From assembly GCA_040954595.2 (NCBI GenBank), contig CM082588.2:12475398-12539397 (forward strand): 64,000 nt of DNA, given 5' to 3'. Within the stretch, counting starts at the first letter, position 1, and each line of letters opens with the position of its first letter. The stretch comes from Balanoglossus misakiensis. Taxonomy: Eukaryota > Animalia > Hemichordata. Positions 1 to 11,169 of this stretch are shown piece by piece. The notes beneath the pieces were generated by a model, which searched no databases, was not told where the DNA came from, and was given only the letters and a program-made list of their open reading frames with translations. The position numbers and the translations under genes are program-made.

Positions 1-347
1 ATTGAAAGTTGCACCTGTGTTTTGATCCCTTAGTTACCCTTATAAGTACATTTGTAGTTTAATAACCATAGTTCTATTGCAAACCATTCTTTCCGTAGTT
101 TCTTGTTTCAAATATTGTTATCTGAATTTATTTTGGTGTTTAACATGTGTGATTATCTGTATTGGCGGCCATTTTAAAAAAAATTGGTTGCCATGGAAAC
201 TCTTCAACAGATATTTAGTGACTCGCTATCTGAATTTGTTCAGTACACATTAACACACATCTGAGCCAAGTTTGGTGCTTTTATCACAAAATACACAATC
301 GATATGAAAATTTGGGTTTTGGTGCTCCACTACATAAGTAACATTAA

Positions 348-754
348 GGATGTACGTTCAGTAAAATTGAAAGTATTGTCATTTTTTTTAATTGTGGATT
401 TTTTTATTCTCCTTTGTATGTATAATGAAAATCCATAATAAAATATAGGGGTCACCGGGCTTGTTTTTGAAATACAGAGCCATGAATTTGGTCGATAATA
501 GAAGAAATCTGCTGACTCAGCATTTTTCACCAATGGTTTGTCTATGGGCAAAATTCTTAACGCAATTTATCTCAAAAAAGAGCGCGGTGACCCCTATATT
601 TTATTTGACCAATGAATTTGCTGGACTGAGCTATGTGTAAAATTTCGTGAAAATGACAATAGTAGAAGTTTGTTTTCTGGCGATTATCAATGTAATCCTA
701 TGGGAAAAAGACCGGGTGCGCAGTGTTTCCAGTTTATGTTCTGCGCGTACATCC
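348..754. mobile_element. Non-autonomous TIR element, TTAA target (Kolobok-like); present in all four copies
   Basis: ttaa|ggatgtacgttcag ... ctgcgcgtacatcc|ttga; internal inverted pair aataaaatataggggtcaccg / cggtgacccctatattttatt. Confidence 0.65.
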
Positions 755-820
755 TTGATGAAGTTTGCTGGCTAGAGGGCTCCTAAACCTCCCTAATATT
801 TGACGTCTTCACTCCTACAG

Positions 821-1053
821 GACTGCGCAGCTGGAAGTTACAGTTCAGCATGTTCTGAAGCATGCACGCTGTGTCCAAGGGTTTCATGTGTGGAACAGCC
901 AGCCTCTCATCACCAACACAATGCGGACAGGGATATTTTGCCAACAATGGAAGTATAGACTGTACGCCTTGTCCTGCCCTGGGTATAAGTGCCAATATGA
1001 TGGTATGTCGGAGCCAGAGGTGTGTGAAGATGGATACTACACTAATATAGAGG
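821..1053 (+). pseudogene. Cys-rich exon A (two frameshifts)
   Basis: ctcctacag|...|gtgagt; DCAAGSYSSACSEACTLCP/KGFMCGTASLSSPTQCGQGYFANNGSIDCTPCPA/GYKCQYDGMSEPEVCEDGYYTNIE: C-x2-G-x-Y...C-x2-CPxG pattern. Confidence 0.8.
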
Positions 1054-1523
1054 GTGAGTCAGCACTTAAAGTTTGGGCATTACTGTGTAATCTTTCACTT
1101 AAGGCGGACGATCATCTTATGTGCATGTGCGTAATTCTGTGCGTACAAACATTACGTCCAGTCCAAATATTCTGCCAATTTTACATCCAATGCATTCAAA
1201 TAGTGGACTGCTTCGCTTTCATCCAGTTTTCATGTGCATCGTATAAGTAGACTTTTGTTTTGTCCCGTCTTTTCACCGAATTTGCTCTTTTCCAAATCTC
1301 CGACACAGACTATGATCGTCACATTCTTGTCTGTTGTTAGAACAGCACACTGCCATATGGCATTGACTGTATACAGTTTCTGTTACCAATATCTCTGGTT
1401 TGGCATTTTCCTGTCCTCAATCTTTTGCCAGGGATTTTTGTCTCCCCAACCCGCGTGAGAATCCCACGTCTTTTAAGGTATGACTGTGACTATAAGATTC
1501 TATAAATCTCTGTTTATTTTCAG

Positions 1524-1654
1524 CACAAACATCATGTCCTGATTGGCCAACTGGTAACCAATGTCCAAATGGTAACACTGTGATTTTATGCTCGGCTGGT
1601 TATTACAGTTCGGCCTTGGACAAAGGATGTCTCGCTGTACCTCTTGCATAACAG
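1524..1654 (+). pseudogene. Cys-rich exon B (frameshifted)
   Basis: ttttcag|...|gtaaac; QTSCPDWPTGNQCPNGNTVILCSAGYYSS/GQRMSRCTSCIT. Confidence 0.7.
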
Positions 1655-1909
1655 GTAAACTTCTACCCACCCACCTTTATTTCCAACATCAAACATTAGG
1701 TCAGGTAATTTACTAACTGAAAAATAGGATGGGAACATTTTCCATTTCTGTATTTAAAATTTACTGATATAATATATGAATGAAAAAATGACAATTTTTT
1801 CCAAATTTGAATAGACCTCTATTTATGAAAATAATTAAAATTTGCGCCAAATTTTTACAGTGGTATTTAAAGGTTAACTTGGTGTGTTAATTCTTTGTTT
1901 GATTTACAG

Positions 1910-2043
1910 ATCAGCCGGTGATGAACAGTGTACTATTTGTGAGCAAGGGTACGCCTGCACAGATCCCAGTGCATCGCAATTCAAGTGTACCAAGGGTTAC
2001 GTGTCATTGGCTAGTGCAACAAACTGTACCAGATGTACAAATG
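1910..2043 (+). pseudogene. Cys-rich exon C (open in copy 1)
   Basis: tttacag|...|gtaaga; SAGDEQCTICEQGYACTDPSASQFKCTKGYVSLASATNCTRCTN. Confidence 0.8.
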
Positions 2044-2084
2044 GTAAGATTGTGGTACTTGTTCAGTTTGCTGTGTGATGAAAC

Positions 2085-2150
2085 CGAGGGGTATGTCTGT
2101 ATGCATGTATGTGTTTACAACAGATTTTCAAGTCAGTGCGACTGGGGTTA

Positions 2151-2181
<31 letters not shown>

Positions 2182-2220
2182 ATGTATGTGTTTACAACAG
2201 ATTATCAACTCAGTGCGAGA
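2085..2220. repeat. (GT)n/(GTAT)n microsatellite inside a short direct duplication
   Basis: gtatgtgtttacaacagatt(t/a)tcaa(g/c)tcagtgcga occurs twice; GT run length differs between copies. Confidence 0.8.
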
Positions 2221-2436
2221 TCTTGCGAGACCCGGTTAGCCATGTGAGATCTCGCAGAGTCTTATGATATTCAGAAAATGGTTGATTAGAAATGACGTTT
2301 AATGTCCTCCAAAGAATTTTCTACATGCCTGTATACTTGTCTCAGAATTATGAAGTGAATCATCTCAAGTAATTTGTTATTTTAAATGACACTGTATCAC
2401 AAATACTTCACCAAAAACCTCATTTTCTTTGATCAG

Positions 2437-2634
2437 ATGAAATAAGTGAGGAGCCTGCACGCACATCCCATCTTCTGTGCCCTGCTGGACAATCGTGTTC
2501 AGATCCAATGTAAGATCCGCTTGACTGTGGCAATGGTGAATATGCTATGGAAGGCGACGGCACATGCACGCCTTGTCCAGCAGGATCCAAGTGTCCAACC
2601 ATGTCACCCGTAGTGGATTGTTCAACAGTTACTG
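2437..2634 (+). pseudogene. Cys-rich exon D (in-frame TAA at 2511)
   Basis: gatcag|...|gtaagt; LCPAGQSCSDPM*DPLDCGNGEYAMEGDGTCTPCPAGSKCPTMSPVVDCSTVT. Confidence 0.8.
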
Positions 2635-2859
2635 GTAAGTTGGGCTGCAAATCACTCTTGTGACTTCCCTGTGTTATAGCATGACATACACAGAAAATTA
2701 AACTGTTATGCTCATTGGAGTTGATATTGTGATGCACTTTGAAAAACACAATGATTCCACTGAAGAGGTATTGTACAGTAACACCTGTGATTACGGACAT
2801 CTCTCTAATAAGGGATCGTTGGACCAAACCAATCGTTCTTTGAATTTTTTCTGTGATAG

Positions 2860-2956
2860 GTTCATACTCGCTAGGTTCGGCCACGTCCTTCTGGTTATGA
2901 ATGCACAACTACAAGTGTCACACAGTGCGCTACAGGGCAGTAAAGTGTTGAAGGAG
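2860..2956 (+). pseudogene. Cys-rich exon E (internal frameshift, TAA at 2941)
   Basis: gtgatag|...|gtaagt; SYSLGSATS/PSGYECTTTSVTQCATGQ*SVEG. Confidence 0.7.
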
Positions 2957-3059
2957 GTAAGTCTTGAAATCTCTTTTCTTCTGGTCTCGATTTGAACATG
3001 GTTCCACAAGTTGTTTACATCACTTGTAGTTTTACATATTTTTTGAGTTCAACAGCTAT

Positions 3060-4077
3060 GCTATACATGGTGTCCTGAGAAGTCGACCAGTATGAGAAGT
3101 CGGTATCGGCCAGTACGAGAAGTCGGCCTTTGGGAGAGAACCCTGGTACTTTGTGTTATATATAACTGTTTCACTACGAAATGTTTCCTTGATGTACAGG
3201 AGCTGAGATATTTGTACAAATAGCCGATGAATTTTAAAACTGTCTGTTCACTTTGCATGTACGTCACCGGGGTACGTCAACATCAGTCACCTGCACTTCT
3301 TGCGCTGCGCCAGTAGTCAGTTCCTCGTCACGTTTGTTTGTTTGGTGTTGTCTCAAAGTATGCATATACACATACATCTTCTATGTATTTTAGTAGGCTT
3401 TGAAACAACTCCCTGTAAAGGGACAAAGTCTCTCTCTCTCGCTGCCCTTTTTCCATTAATAATATTTGATACAAGACACCATTTATTTATTCTAAATGTG
3501 GATATATAGTGAATCAACGTTCAACCACACACAACTTCAATCCAACTTGTAGACACGAGAGTGAAAAACTTGCCAAAATGAATAATCGGTGTTTACCATT
3601 TATTCATTTTGGCGGGATTTTTACACTCATATCCTACAAACGGGATGGAATTTGTCTGTAGTTGAATGTGGATTCTCAATATATCCACATGTAGAATAAT
3701 GTGAACGGTGTCTTGTATCAAACATAATTAATGGAAAAAGGTTCGCGCGAGAGAGACTTTGTCCCTTTAATCAGAAATGTCACAGGAATTTGGCGAACAA
3801 CCTAAGCTCCTTACGCGGATACGGGGCTGGGGAACCGGTACGGATGCCAGACGCCATTATTTGAAATGACGCCATTGTGTTGTCAAGAATTTGGGAAATC
3901 CGTCCAAATGAAAATATTTAGTGCAATTATATTTTATTAAGTGTTGTTATAAGTAATCTGGGTCATCACTGCACTATTCGGGTACAAGTTCAACAACTGG
4001 CCGACTTCTCGTACTGGCCGACTTCTCATACGCGCGTACTGGCCGACTTCTAATCTGGCCGACTTCTCATGTATTCC
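3060..4077. mobile_element. Non-autonomous TIR element with arrays of ~17-bp subterminal repeats; present in all copies
   Basis: Left g(c/g)aatacatg followed by gagaagtcggccagta-like repeats; right inverted tactggccgacttctc repeats then catgtattcc; flanked by tat/tat. Confidence 0.65.
3419..3766. mobile_element. Fold-back MITE (~350-bp imperfect palindrome), TTAA-type target, nested in the 3060-4077 element; also at 22560-22902, 42452-42797, 61996-62341
   Basis: gtaa|agggacaaagtctctctc ... gagagagactttgtccct|ttaa, with arms pairing to a centre near 3590. Confidence 0.85.
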
Positions 4078-4254
4078 TATACATTAGTGAAAATTGGGGA
4101 AACTGGTGTTTTTCAGACAACTTATGAAGTCCCTTTCGCAATATTAACTCTAAAACAGCGGGTGATATTCCTTTTAAAATTTAACCAAATAAGCATACTT
4201 GAACTCTGTCATATCGGCAAAACACTCACTACACAAGCTGCTGTTATTCTACAG

Positions 4255-4471
4255 ACATGACATGTGCTGATTGCGGCGTAGGTAACTACTGTCCAGATGG
4301 GTCAGACAGCCCCATTCCTTGTCCATCAAGTTATTATGCTGACACAGCCACAGAAGTATCCTGTACCCCTTGCGATCCAGGCTGTCAGTGTGCAGCAACA
4401 TCACCCACTTGCCTGCACATCAAGAACCTACTCTCTGGGACCATCAACAACATGTACTCCCCTTCTACCAG
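4255..4471 (+). pseudogene. Cys-rich exon F (frameshifted)
   Basis: ttctacag|...|gtttgt; MTCADCGVGNYCPDGSDSPIPCPSSYYADTATEVSCTPCDPGCQC/PLACTSRTYSLGPSTTCTP. Confidence 0.8.
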
Positions 4472-5273
4472 GTTTGTAGTCGTCTTAGTCGTAAAAACAT
4501 ATTTAAGGTGTTGCGCACCTCGAAATAAAGGGTCGTCTGATCATGTTTAAATTAATACTGATGATACTATGACTTCTAAACATTTAATCTATGGAATAAA
4601 AATTGGGGGTCAACCATCTAGAGTTTTGAAAAAGCGCCCTTTATCTAGCACCTCTTTCAGATTTTGCCAGGCTCGTAGATTTTTGTAAAATGGCCTCAAA
4701 AATAAGAATTTTGGGAGGTTTGTCATATTTTTTCACCATTGTAGAATCTAAATGTTCTGAATTTTGAGATTGATTCATGTTCAGTATGATAATCGCATGT
4801 CAATACAACTGTTACATTAAAGGAAAAGTTCAAATCCGCCTAAAACCACATTGCATTGGTACCTAGTTAAGTTGTCCTCACTTCTGACGCAAAATTTTGA
4901 TGTGCAATGCACGTGTCTGTGAAATTGACGAATAAAAAAATTGTATACCAGTGCAAAATTAAAAACTCCCTGTGCAGCCATCTTGGCAACTGCATGCTGG
5001 GAAAAGTACTCGGATGATGACGAAAAAGTTTCGGGGTTCCGTGTAGTGCTACCCCGGAATACAATGTTGGGTGCAGACTACAACTATGGAAAAGAGATGC
5101 AGAATGTCATGTGATATAGTAGTGAAAACAAATACACGTTGGTTCACGTATTTCAGCTCTCAGCAATCAGGGTGCATTGAAAGGCCTTGATTGGTGTGAT
5201 ATTCACAATTGATTATTATATATACTTACAGTTGTATACTGTTTTATTTTGTAAATATTGTGTACATTTGCAG

Positions 5274-5403
5274 CAATGAATCCGTGCGAACACAAACCTT
5301 AACCCATGCCGGAATGCTGGTACTTGCCAAGCAATCCAGGGATCTTGTACAGGCGTCACATGTCAATGTGCTGGCTGCTACCTGGGTTTCACATGTGAAA
5401 CAC
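5274..5403 (+). pseudogene. EGF-like exon 1 (frameshift; donor mutated to ctgagt in copies 1 and 3)
   Basis: MNPCE/NPCRNAGTCQAIQGSCTGVTCQCAGCYLGFTCET. Confidence 0.8.
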
Positions 5404-5639
5404 CTGAGTACAGTACTTTGTCATTTATTAAAAAATCTAAGTGCTGAGGTACATTGTAGTAATAATAGCAGGTGTAGTCATTATCATCATCTTCATCATC
5501 ATCATCTTTAAGTCAGTCATATGATCGGTAATAAAAACAGTAAAATCACCAGTATAAAAACATAACAGAGAAATAATGAACGTGTACTGGTGTTACCATA
5601 GGTAAGTGTTGTATAAAATTTTGAATTCCTGTCTTCCAG

Positions 5640-5762
5640 TTCCTAATCCATGCTTCACTAGTCCTTGTCTCAATGGAGGTACCTGCCAACAACAGGCAAA
5701 TTCTTGTACTGCCACCATTGGCATGTGCACAGAGTGTTACTAGGGAACCAGGTGTGAGACAA
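5640..5762 (+). pseudogene. EGF-like exon 2 (TAG at 5741)
   Basis: 123 nt, ccag|...|gtaagt; PNPCFTSPCLNGGTCQQQANSCTATIGMCTECY*GTRCET. Confidence 0.85.
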
Positions 5763-5855
5763 GTAAGTTTGAATCTATAGCAGTTAATAATGATAATTAT
5801 CATTTTTTTTATTATGATTTAAACTTCACTGATGTTGTACAAACACAAAAATAGA

Positions 5856-6322
5856 AATAATAATAATAATAATAATAATAATAATTTATTTGTATAGCGT
5901 CAGTATCCACAAAAAATGTGATCAATGACGCTTAAAGCAAAAGTACAATACAACAAATGGCTAAAAACAGATTTAAAAAGTAAAGTTTTAACATTTGATT
6001 TAAAAACAGATAAGTCTGGTGCCTGGCGAATGGTGAGTGGAAGATTATTCCAAAGAATTGGAGCAGCAACAGTAAAAGCACGATCACCATAACTCTTGGT
6101 GCGTGATCGAACAAGGCAGAGTTTGAACTGATCAGCTGACCTTAAATTGCGACACGGAACATATAGATTAGTCATGCTAGAAAGATAGATTGGACCAAGT
6201 TTATGAATGGATTTAAAAATGAGAACTAACATCTTAAAAACAATACGCTCTGTAACAGGTAGCCAGTGCAACTGATACAAAATTGGAGTGATGTGACAGG
6301 TGATTTTTGAACGAGTAACAAT
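5856..6322 (-). mobile_element. L2/CR1-group LINE, 5'-truncated 3' fragment; also at ~24988-25455 and ~44897-45372
   Basis: ORF2 C-terminus LHWLPVTERIVFK...RNLRS...YGDRAFTVAAPILWNNLP...FKSNVKTLLF, followed by a 3' UTR ending gctatacaaataaa(tta)n. Confidence 0.9.
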
Positions 6323-6551
6323 TAGAAAGGGACAGCAGCTTAGCTCTATTCCGTTTCCAAAGTGTTTGTTCTTTTAAACTACCTGTGCATTTTTTTATTT
6401 ATTCTGATTATGCTAATATGCTAATTTGTCGGTTTGTCACATCACAATTTTTGTAGGAAACTCACCCCTGGGAATTTTTTTCAGCCACTTACATACATTC
6501 ATAATCACATGACATTGATGATCATGGAAAATTTGACCCTTTTCCTTGTAG

Positions 6552-6674
6552 GACTCAACCAGTGTCCACCAAATCCGTGCCAGAATGGTGGCTTCTGTCA
6601 ACCGGCTCGAAATTCCTGCTTTGATCTCACCTGCATATGTACTGGTTGCTACAAAGGTGATAGGTGTGAGATAT
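6552..6674 (+). pseudogene. EGF-like exon 3 (intact, 8 Cys)
   Basis: 123 nt, ttgtag|...|gtaagt; LNQCPPNPCQNGGFCQPARNSCFDLTCICTGCYKGDRCEI. Confidence 0.9.
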
Positions 6675-7228
6675 GTAAGTATACAGCGCAGTCTCTTTTA
6701 CCTTTTGTCTCTGATGCATTCAAATACTGCATGTTTCCTGAGCATAGGTGTAGCCATCACCACAGCAGAGCTTGGAGAGTTCTTGACATCGAATGCAAGA
6801 TTACACTCTTCCCAATCAAAATCACTTTTGTAGCGCATAATGTCTTGATTGTCTTAGTTCAAGAAACATTATGCGCGACTGGCCAATTTTACTGCCTTTT
6901 GTCAACGCACAACCACTATGGAAATTCTCACTCCAGGCCAGATAGTGTAAATTTGCATATGAGTCTAAAGGTATGCTTGAAGTCAAGTCAAGCATTTGCA
7001 AGGAACCCTCCTCCAGTACACAGGTCTTTGATTTCATGAAGGGAAGCCCTTGCCTCACAGTCACTGCCACATGATCTATGGAGGTGTGAACAACTTGATA
7101 CCAGCCTAATATAAGTTGTAGGCACAATCACTCCACACACCCTTGCCATAATTCTGCAAGGTTTTTGCCATATCTGTACTGTAGAATGAGTAGCAATGAA
7201 TAAAATGGCGTCCTTTCTTAATTTCCAG

Positions 7229-7342
7229 TGCAAAACCCCTGTGATCCCAACCCATGTATGAATGGCGGATTTTGCCAGCAAACATCGTGCAATTCTATTC
7301 ATGCCAGTGTGTGAACTCTTACACAGGTGACATCTGTCAAAC
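7229..7342 (+). pseudogene. EGF-like exon 4 (separated from its donor at 8249 by a TIR element)
   Basis: QNPCDPNPCMNGGFCQQTSCNFYSCQCVNSYTGDICQT in copy 2; 1-nt deletion in copies 1 and 3. Confidence 0.85.
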
Positions 7343-8239
7343 CATAGACCCTAGAGAAAGAAGGACGAGCAACTGCGGCAAAGATCAAAGGGTTTGGGGA
7401 TTATCTGTATGATGATATGATGATGTTCTTTTGCATATAATTAACACCCAGGACAGTTGGACAATGACTTCCTTACTTCGGCACGTGTCGACCCCACCAG
7501 TGATGCGAAAACTTGCCACCAAACTGGCACTCCTGCATTTCAGCAGCCACTGCGTTTTTTTCTAAAATTCTAAAAGTATTACGATGTCTGTGCTAATTAT
7601 TATGGTTTGGTGTTCGTCTGTCGGTTGAACGGTCATTTCTAGTGCCACAAGCTTCATTTAAAAATTGTAAACAAATCATCCATGTTTTTTGCATGTCCGA
7701 CTGGGCACTCATATTTCTTGGTAACGCTAACACTTTTCTTAATAATTTTATGTTTGTGTGAAGCATTGAAATAAAAAGTGTGGTTTAGGGGCATTTTATT
7801 TCGCAGTGCGTGAACAATAAAACAGATTTCACGAAAACAATTTGTAAACAAACTGGGTGGATTTTCATGTGTGCGCTATGGCCGCCAGGCAACCCTCGGT
7901 ACGGTTAGCTCACAACCTTGTGAAATACCCGGACTGTTAGACAAAAGATGCTTGTTTTGGACGCTGTCAGACTCAGAGGTGCCAAATTCCTGTTTAACTT
8001 GTCCAGATGTGTTCCATAAATGATCGCTGCGTTCACCCACGTTGCACTTTTCTCGTCTTCTGCGAGATGTTCTAAGGTGTTTGTGACAACTTCACGCAAA
8101 ACGCGAGACTTTGCGTTAGTTTATACACAGTTGATTTGCAAATTGGATTATTGGGATTTACCTGGAAATAATGTATGCAAAAGAACATCATTTCAAGAAA
8201 AAACTGGAGTTGCGCGTCCTTCTTTCTCTAGTGTCCATG
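7343..8239. mobile_element. Non-autonomous P-element-like TIR transposon with 7-bp TSD
   Basis: TSD gtcaaac at 7336-7342 and 8240-8246; ~32-bp TIR catagaccctagagaaagaaggacgagcaact / agttgcgcgtccttctttctctagtgtccatg. Confidence 0.8.
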
Positions 8240-8594
8240 GTCAAACAAGTGAGTATATACTTTCAAGACACCCTGCAAACAAACAAGCAATCTTCATTCC
8301 GTAGATCTTTAAGCATATTTATGCATTGTAAATTTTGATGTGAAACTTCAAATTTTATTGGTCTTGTTGCCAAACTTCTGAAGAAATGAGGATATTGTTT
8401 TGAAGGGTATTTTATCAGTAGATAACAAATACCATGGCCCTCCATGCAAATACCCACATGGTAAATTAAAACTGTTGCAGGTGTATTTGATTTCCACATA
8501 TGGATTACATGTGGGATAATATTGGGTGCTGGCAGTTTCAGTAAATGAACTGCTCTATTGCTGAGATAACAATAGGTTGCACTTTTTATTGCAG

Positions 8595-8717
8595 TCCAAG
8601 ATCCATGCCAGCGAAACAGCTGTCTCAACGGGGCTGTATGTAATGCAGTGGCCAACTCCTGCACGGCATATACCTGTGCCTGTACTGGTTGCTATGAGGG
8701 TAACCGTTGTGAAATAT
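8595..8717 (+). pseudogene. EGF-like exon 5 (intact, 8 Cys)
   Basis: 123 nt; QDPCQRNSCLNGAVCNAVANSCTAYTCACTGCYEGNRCEI. Confidence 0.9.
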
Positions 8718-9553
8718 GTAAGTTTCTGACGTACCGTAAATGACAATCTTTTGGGCACTTTCTCTTCATAGCAATTGAATTGTGTGGTAACTTCTCATTT
8801 CTAAAATTTCCCCAAGAGAAAAGAAAGGAAAAGAAAACAGAAATTTCATTTGTATGTCCGTGCAATTTAGGATAGGCACGAACTTGTGAGGAAGTGTACG
8901 AAGCTGGATGTTTTCATCACTCAAATATACAAGAGTTGCCTCTTGAAGACTAGTGTCTGTAGAGATAATTGTGCATGTGAGGTAATCTCTCCTAAGGTGG
9001 TGCACACATCTGAGTATTAAGTAAAAGAGACGTCCTTAATTATCCTTACTATTTGGCTTGAAAAATCAATCTTACTAGGTGTTCTGATTAGAGAGGTGTC
9101 CATGAGGTGACTACACCTGTTACTGCCAGTAGTGTTGGACTGGGGCCATCTGTGCCGTAGGTGTGTCGAATTACTGTTTTATGACACAGCGTGGTATATA
9201 AACCCTCATTTTTGGTATTCTCAATGTGATAGATGGACCCATACACCAATAAATGGGGTGGAAGCATTACTAAGTTTCATCCTTTCAAAATTTGCTGATG
9301 TAGGGTCAAAATTGAGTGTGAGGTGCACGTTAAAAAGGAAAGCCTTCTGTATCATGTTGATGGCACATTTTTTAATTTTTCAAGATTCTTACAGAAAAAT
9401 CCTAGCAATAGCATCATTATGTTATTTTAAATGTACAGGTTTGAAACAAGGAATGAAGACATTGCTCACATATTTAAACGAAATGAACATCACAAGTACA
9501 TGTACAAGTTTTTGACAAGCAGGTAATTGATACTTTCATTTTTGTTTTGGCAG

Positions 9554-9673
9554 CCATTGATCAGTTATACTCTATGCCTTGTCAAAATGGTGGCACATGC
9601 GTTGCACGAGACGGCTGTTTCCTGTTTGACTGTATGTGTACCGAATGCTTCACTGGTGCCACATGTACAATGC
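9554..9673 (+). pseudogene. EGF-like exon 6 (open, first Cys lost)
   Basis: 120 nt; IDQLYSMPCQNGGTCVARDGCFLFDCMCTECFTGATCTM. Confidence 0.85.
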
Positions 9674-9968
9674 GTAAGTACAAACCAATATTATTTTATT
9701 CAATGCAAAACACTTGTTATGTATTATATAATATAAGTACGGTACACATATTAAAGCCCTGGTAACTCAAACTTTGGGCTAGCTTAATGTTATCACTATT
9801 TTTGTTTTCGGTTGCAACTGTGGTTTCTTGTCACACTCTAAAGGATTTCACAGCATTTGGTTTTTCAAAACAGCCCTTTGGTTGTTGTCATGTATACATG
9901 TACATGACTGTGGAGTGTAGTTTGTAGATTCTGTAATTTTGACAATATCTTGACTGCACATCCCACAG

Positions 9969-10091
9969 CTGTCAACCAGTGTCAACCCATCCAGTGTCGG
10001 AATGGTGGAAACTGTGTGCTGACGCCCAATTGGTGTACTAAATTCACATGCTCCTGTACAAGCTGTTACTCCGGCGATTTATGTCAGACAT
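9969..10091 (+). pseudogene. EGF-like exon 7 (intact, 8 Cys)
   Basis: 123 nt; VNQCQPIQCRNGGNCVLTPNWCTKFTCSCTSCYSGDLCQT. Confidence 0.9.
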
Positions 10092-10469
10092 GTGAGTGAT
10101 TTTAAATTTCAGATGAAGAGGAACATAATAACATAACACATAATCGGCTTGGTTTCTTCCAACCTGTATCAAACAGTGAATAACGACACAATTTGGGGGA
10201 AATTTATTAAGAATGTGTGTGCCATAAAAAGGGATTGTGTTTTTGACCAAACAATAACCTGCACCGTATGGTACACTAAGACACTATTACACCTGTGTCA
10301 AAATTTCATTACGTTTCTTTTGTTGAACATGAAAGAAATTTGTCACAGTGATGTTCTGTTGACCAACTGAGATTTTTACCACTCAACCCTGACTGCACAA
10401 ATCTGTTTAAAGTATATGTAGTAAATATTAACTGTACACAATTTATATCACTTTCTCTTCTGTGCACAG

Positions 10470-10586
10470 ATTTGAATCCGTGTCAGCCCAACCCTTGTCT
10501 AAACAGTGGATTCTGCCAGCAAGTGTCCTGCACCGAGTTCAGATGCCAGAGTCCGCGCTGTTTCATCGGAACCACGTGCGCTGAAC
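10470..10586 (+). pseudogene. EGF-like exon 8 (open, one Cys>Ser)
   Basis: 117 nt; LNPCQPNPCLNSGFCQQVSCTEFRCQSPRCFIGTTCAE. Confidence 0.85.
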
Positions 10587-11034
10587 GTAAGCAAACCAGT
10601 GTCAGATTTCCCGCACAAAGTAGAAATCGCTGGGCTTTGTCATTGATATTGTCTCAATAAAGTTGCCTGTGATTGTGCAGCTAACCAAGAGACTTATATG
10701 CACTACCGTAGCCATGATGAATATTTTCATTGACTCAAATGCTCATCAGTGTAGATGTTGCTATTTTTCCAACCGTAAATTGAAACATCAGAAAGTTATG
10801 ACATCAACTACCCCCACCCCCACCCCACCCCACCCCCAACTAGTAAATATTATAAGATGCTGTAATTATGATAAAGATGGTAGCACCAAGCTGGGATCAA
10901 GTCGTCTTCATTATCCGTCACACATGAACATGATCACATCGATGTGCAATCTTCTGACAGTCTGCTACAGATTTCACTTCCCACTCAAGTGTGTAAGACC
11001 CTAATGTGATACTTTTCATTTCTCTCACCCTTAG

Positions 11035-11157
11035 CAATCATCCAGTGTCTTCTAAACCAATGTCTGAATAACGGAGTGTATCAGCCACTTCAAGGCTCCT
11101 GCTCAATCTACACCTGCAACTGTCCAACCTGCTACACTGGGCAAACATGTGTTACAT
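11035..11157 (+). pseudogene. EGF-like exon 9 (open, one Cys>Tyr)
   Basis: 123 nt; IIQCLLNQCLNNGVYQPLQGSCSIYTCNCPTCYTGQTCVT. Confidence 0.85.
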
Positions 11158-11169
11158 GTAAGTCACAAG

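Noticed and set aside
2420-2908. 162-aa minus-strand ORF conserved in all copies
   Set aside because: Antisense shadow of exons D/E; conservation only reflects recent duplication, and it is frameshifted in copy 3
3075-4070. 17-bp repeats resembling iterons or a CRISPR array
   Set aside because: Arranged as inverted subterminal arrays of a TIR element, with no spacers
6434-7039. 201-aa ORF as a stand-alone gene
   Set aside because: Only 6552-6674 is an exon; the rest is intron read-through with no recognisable domain
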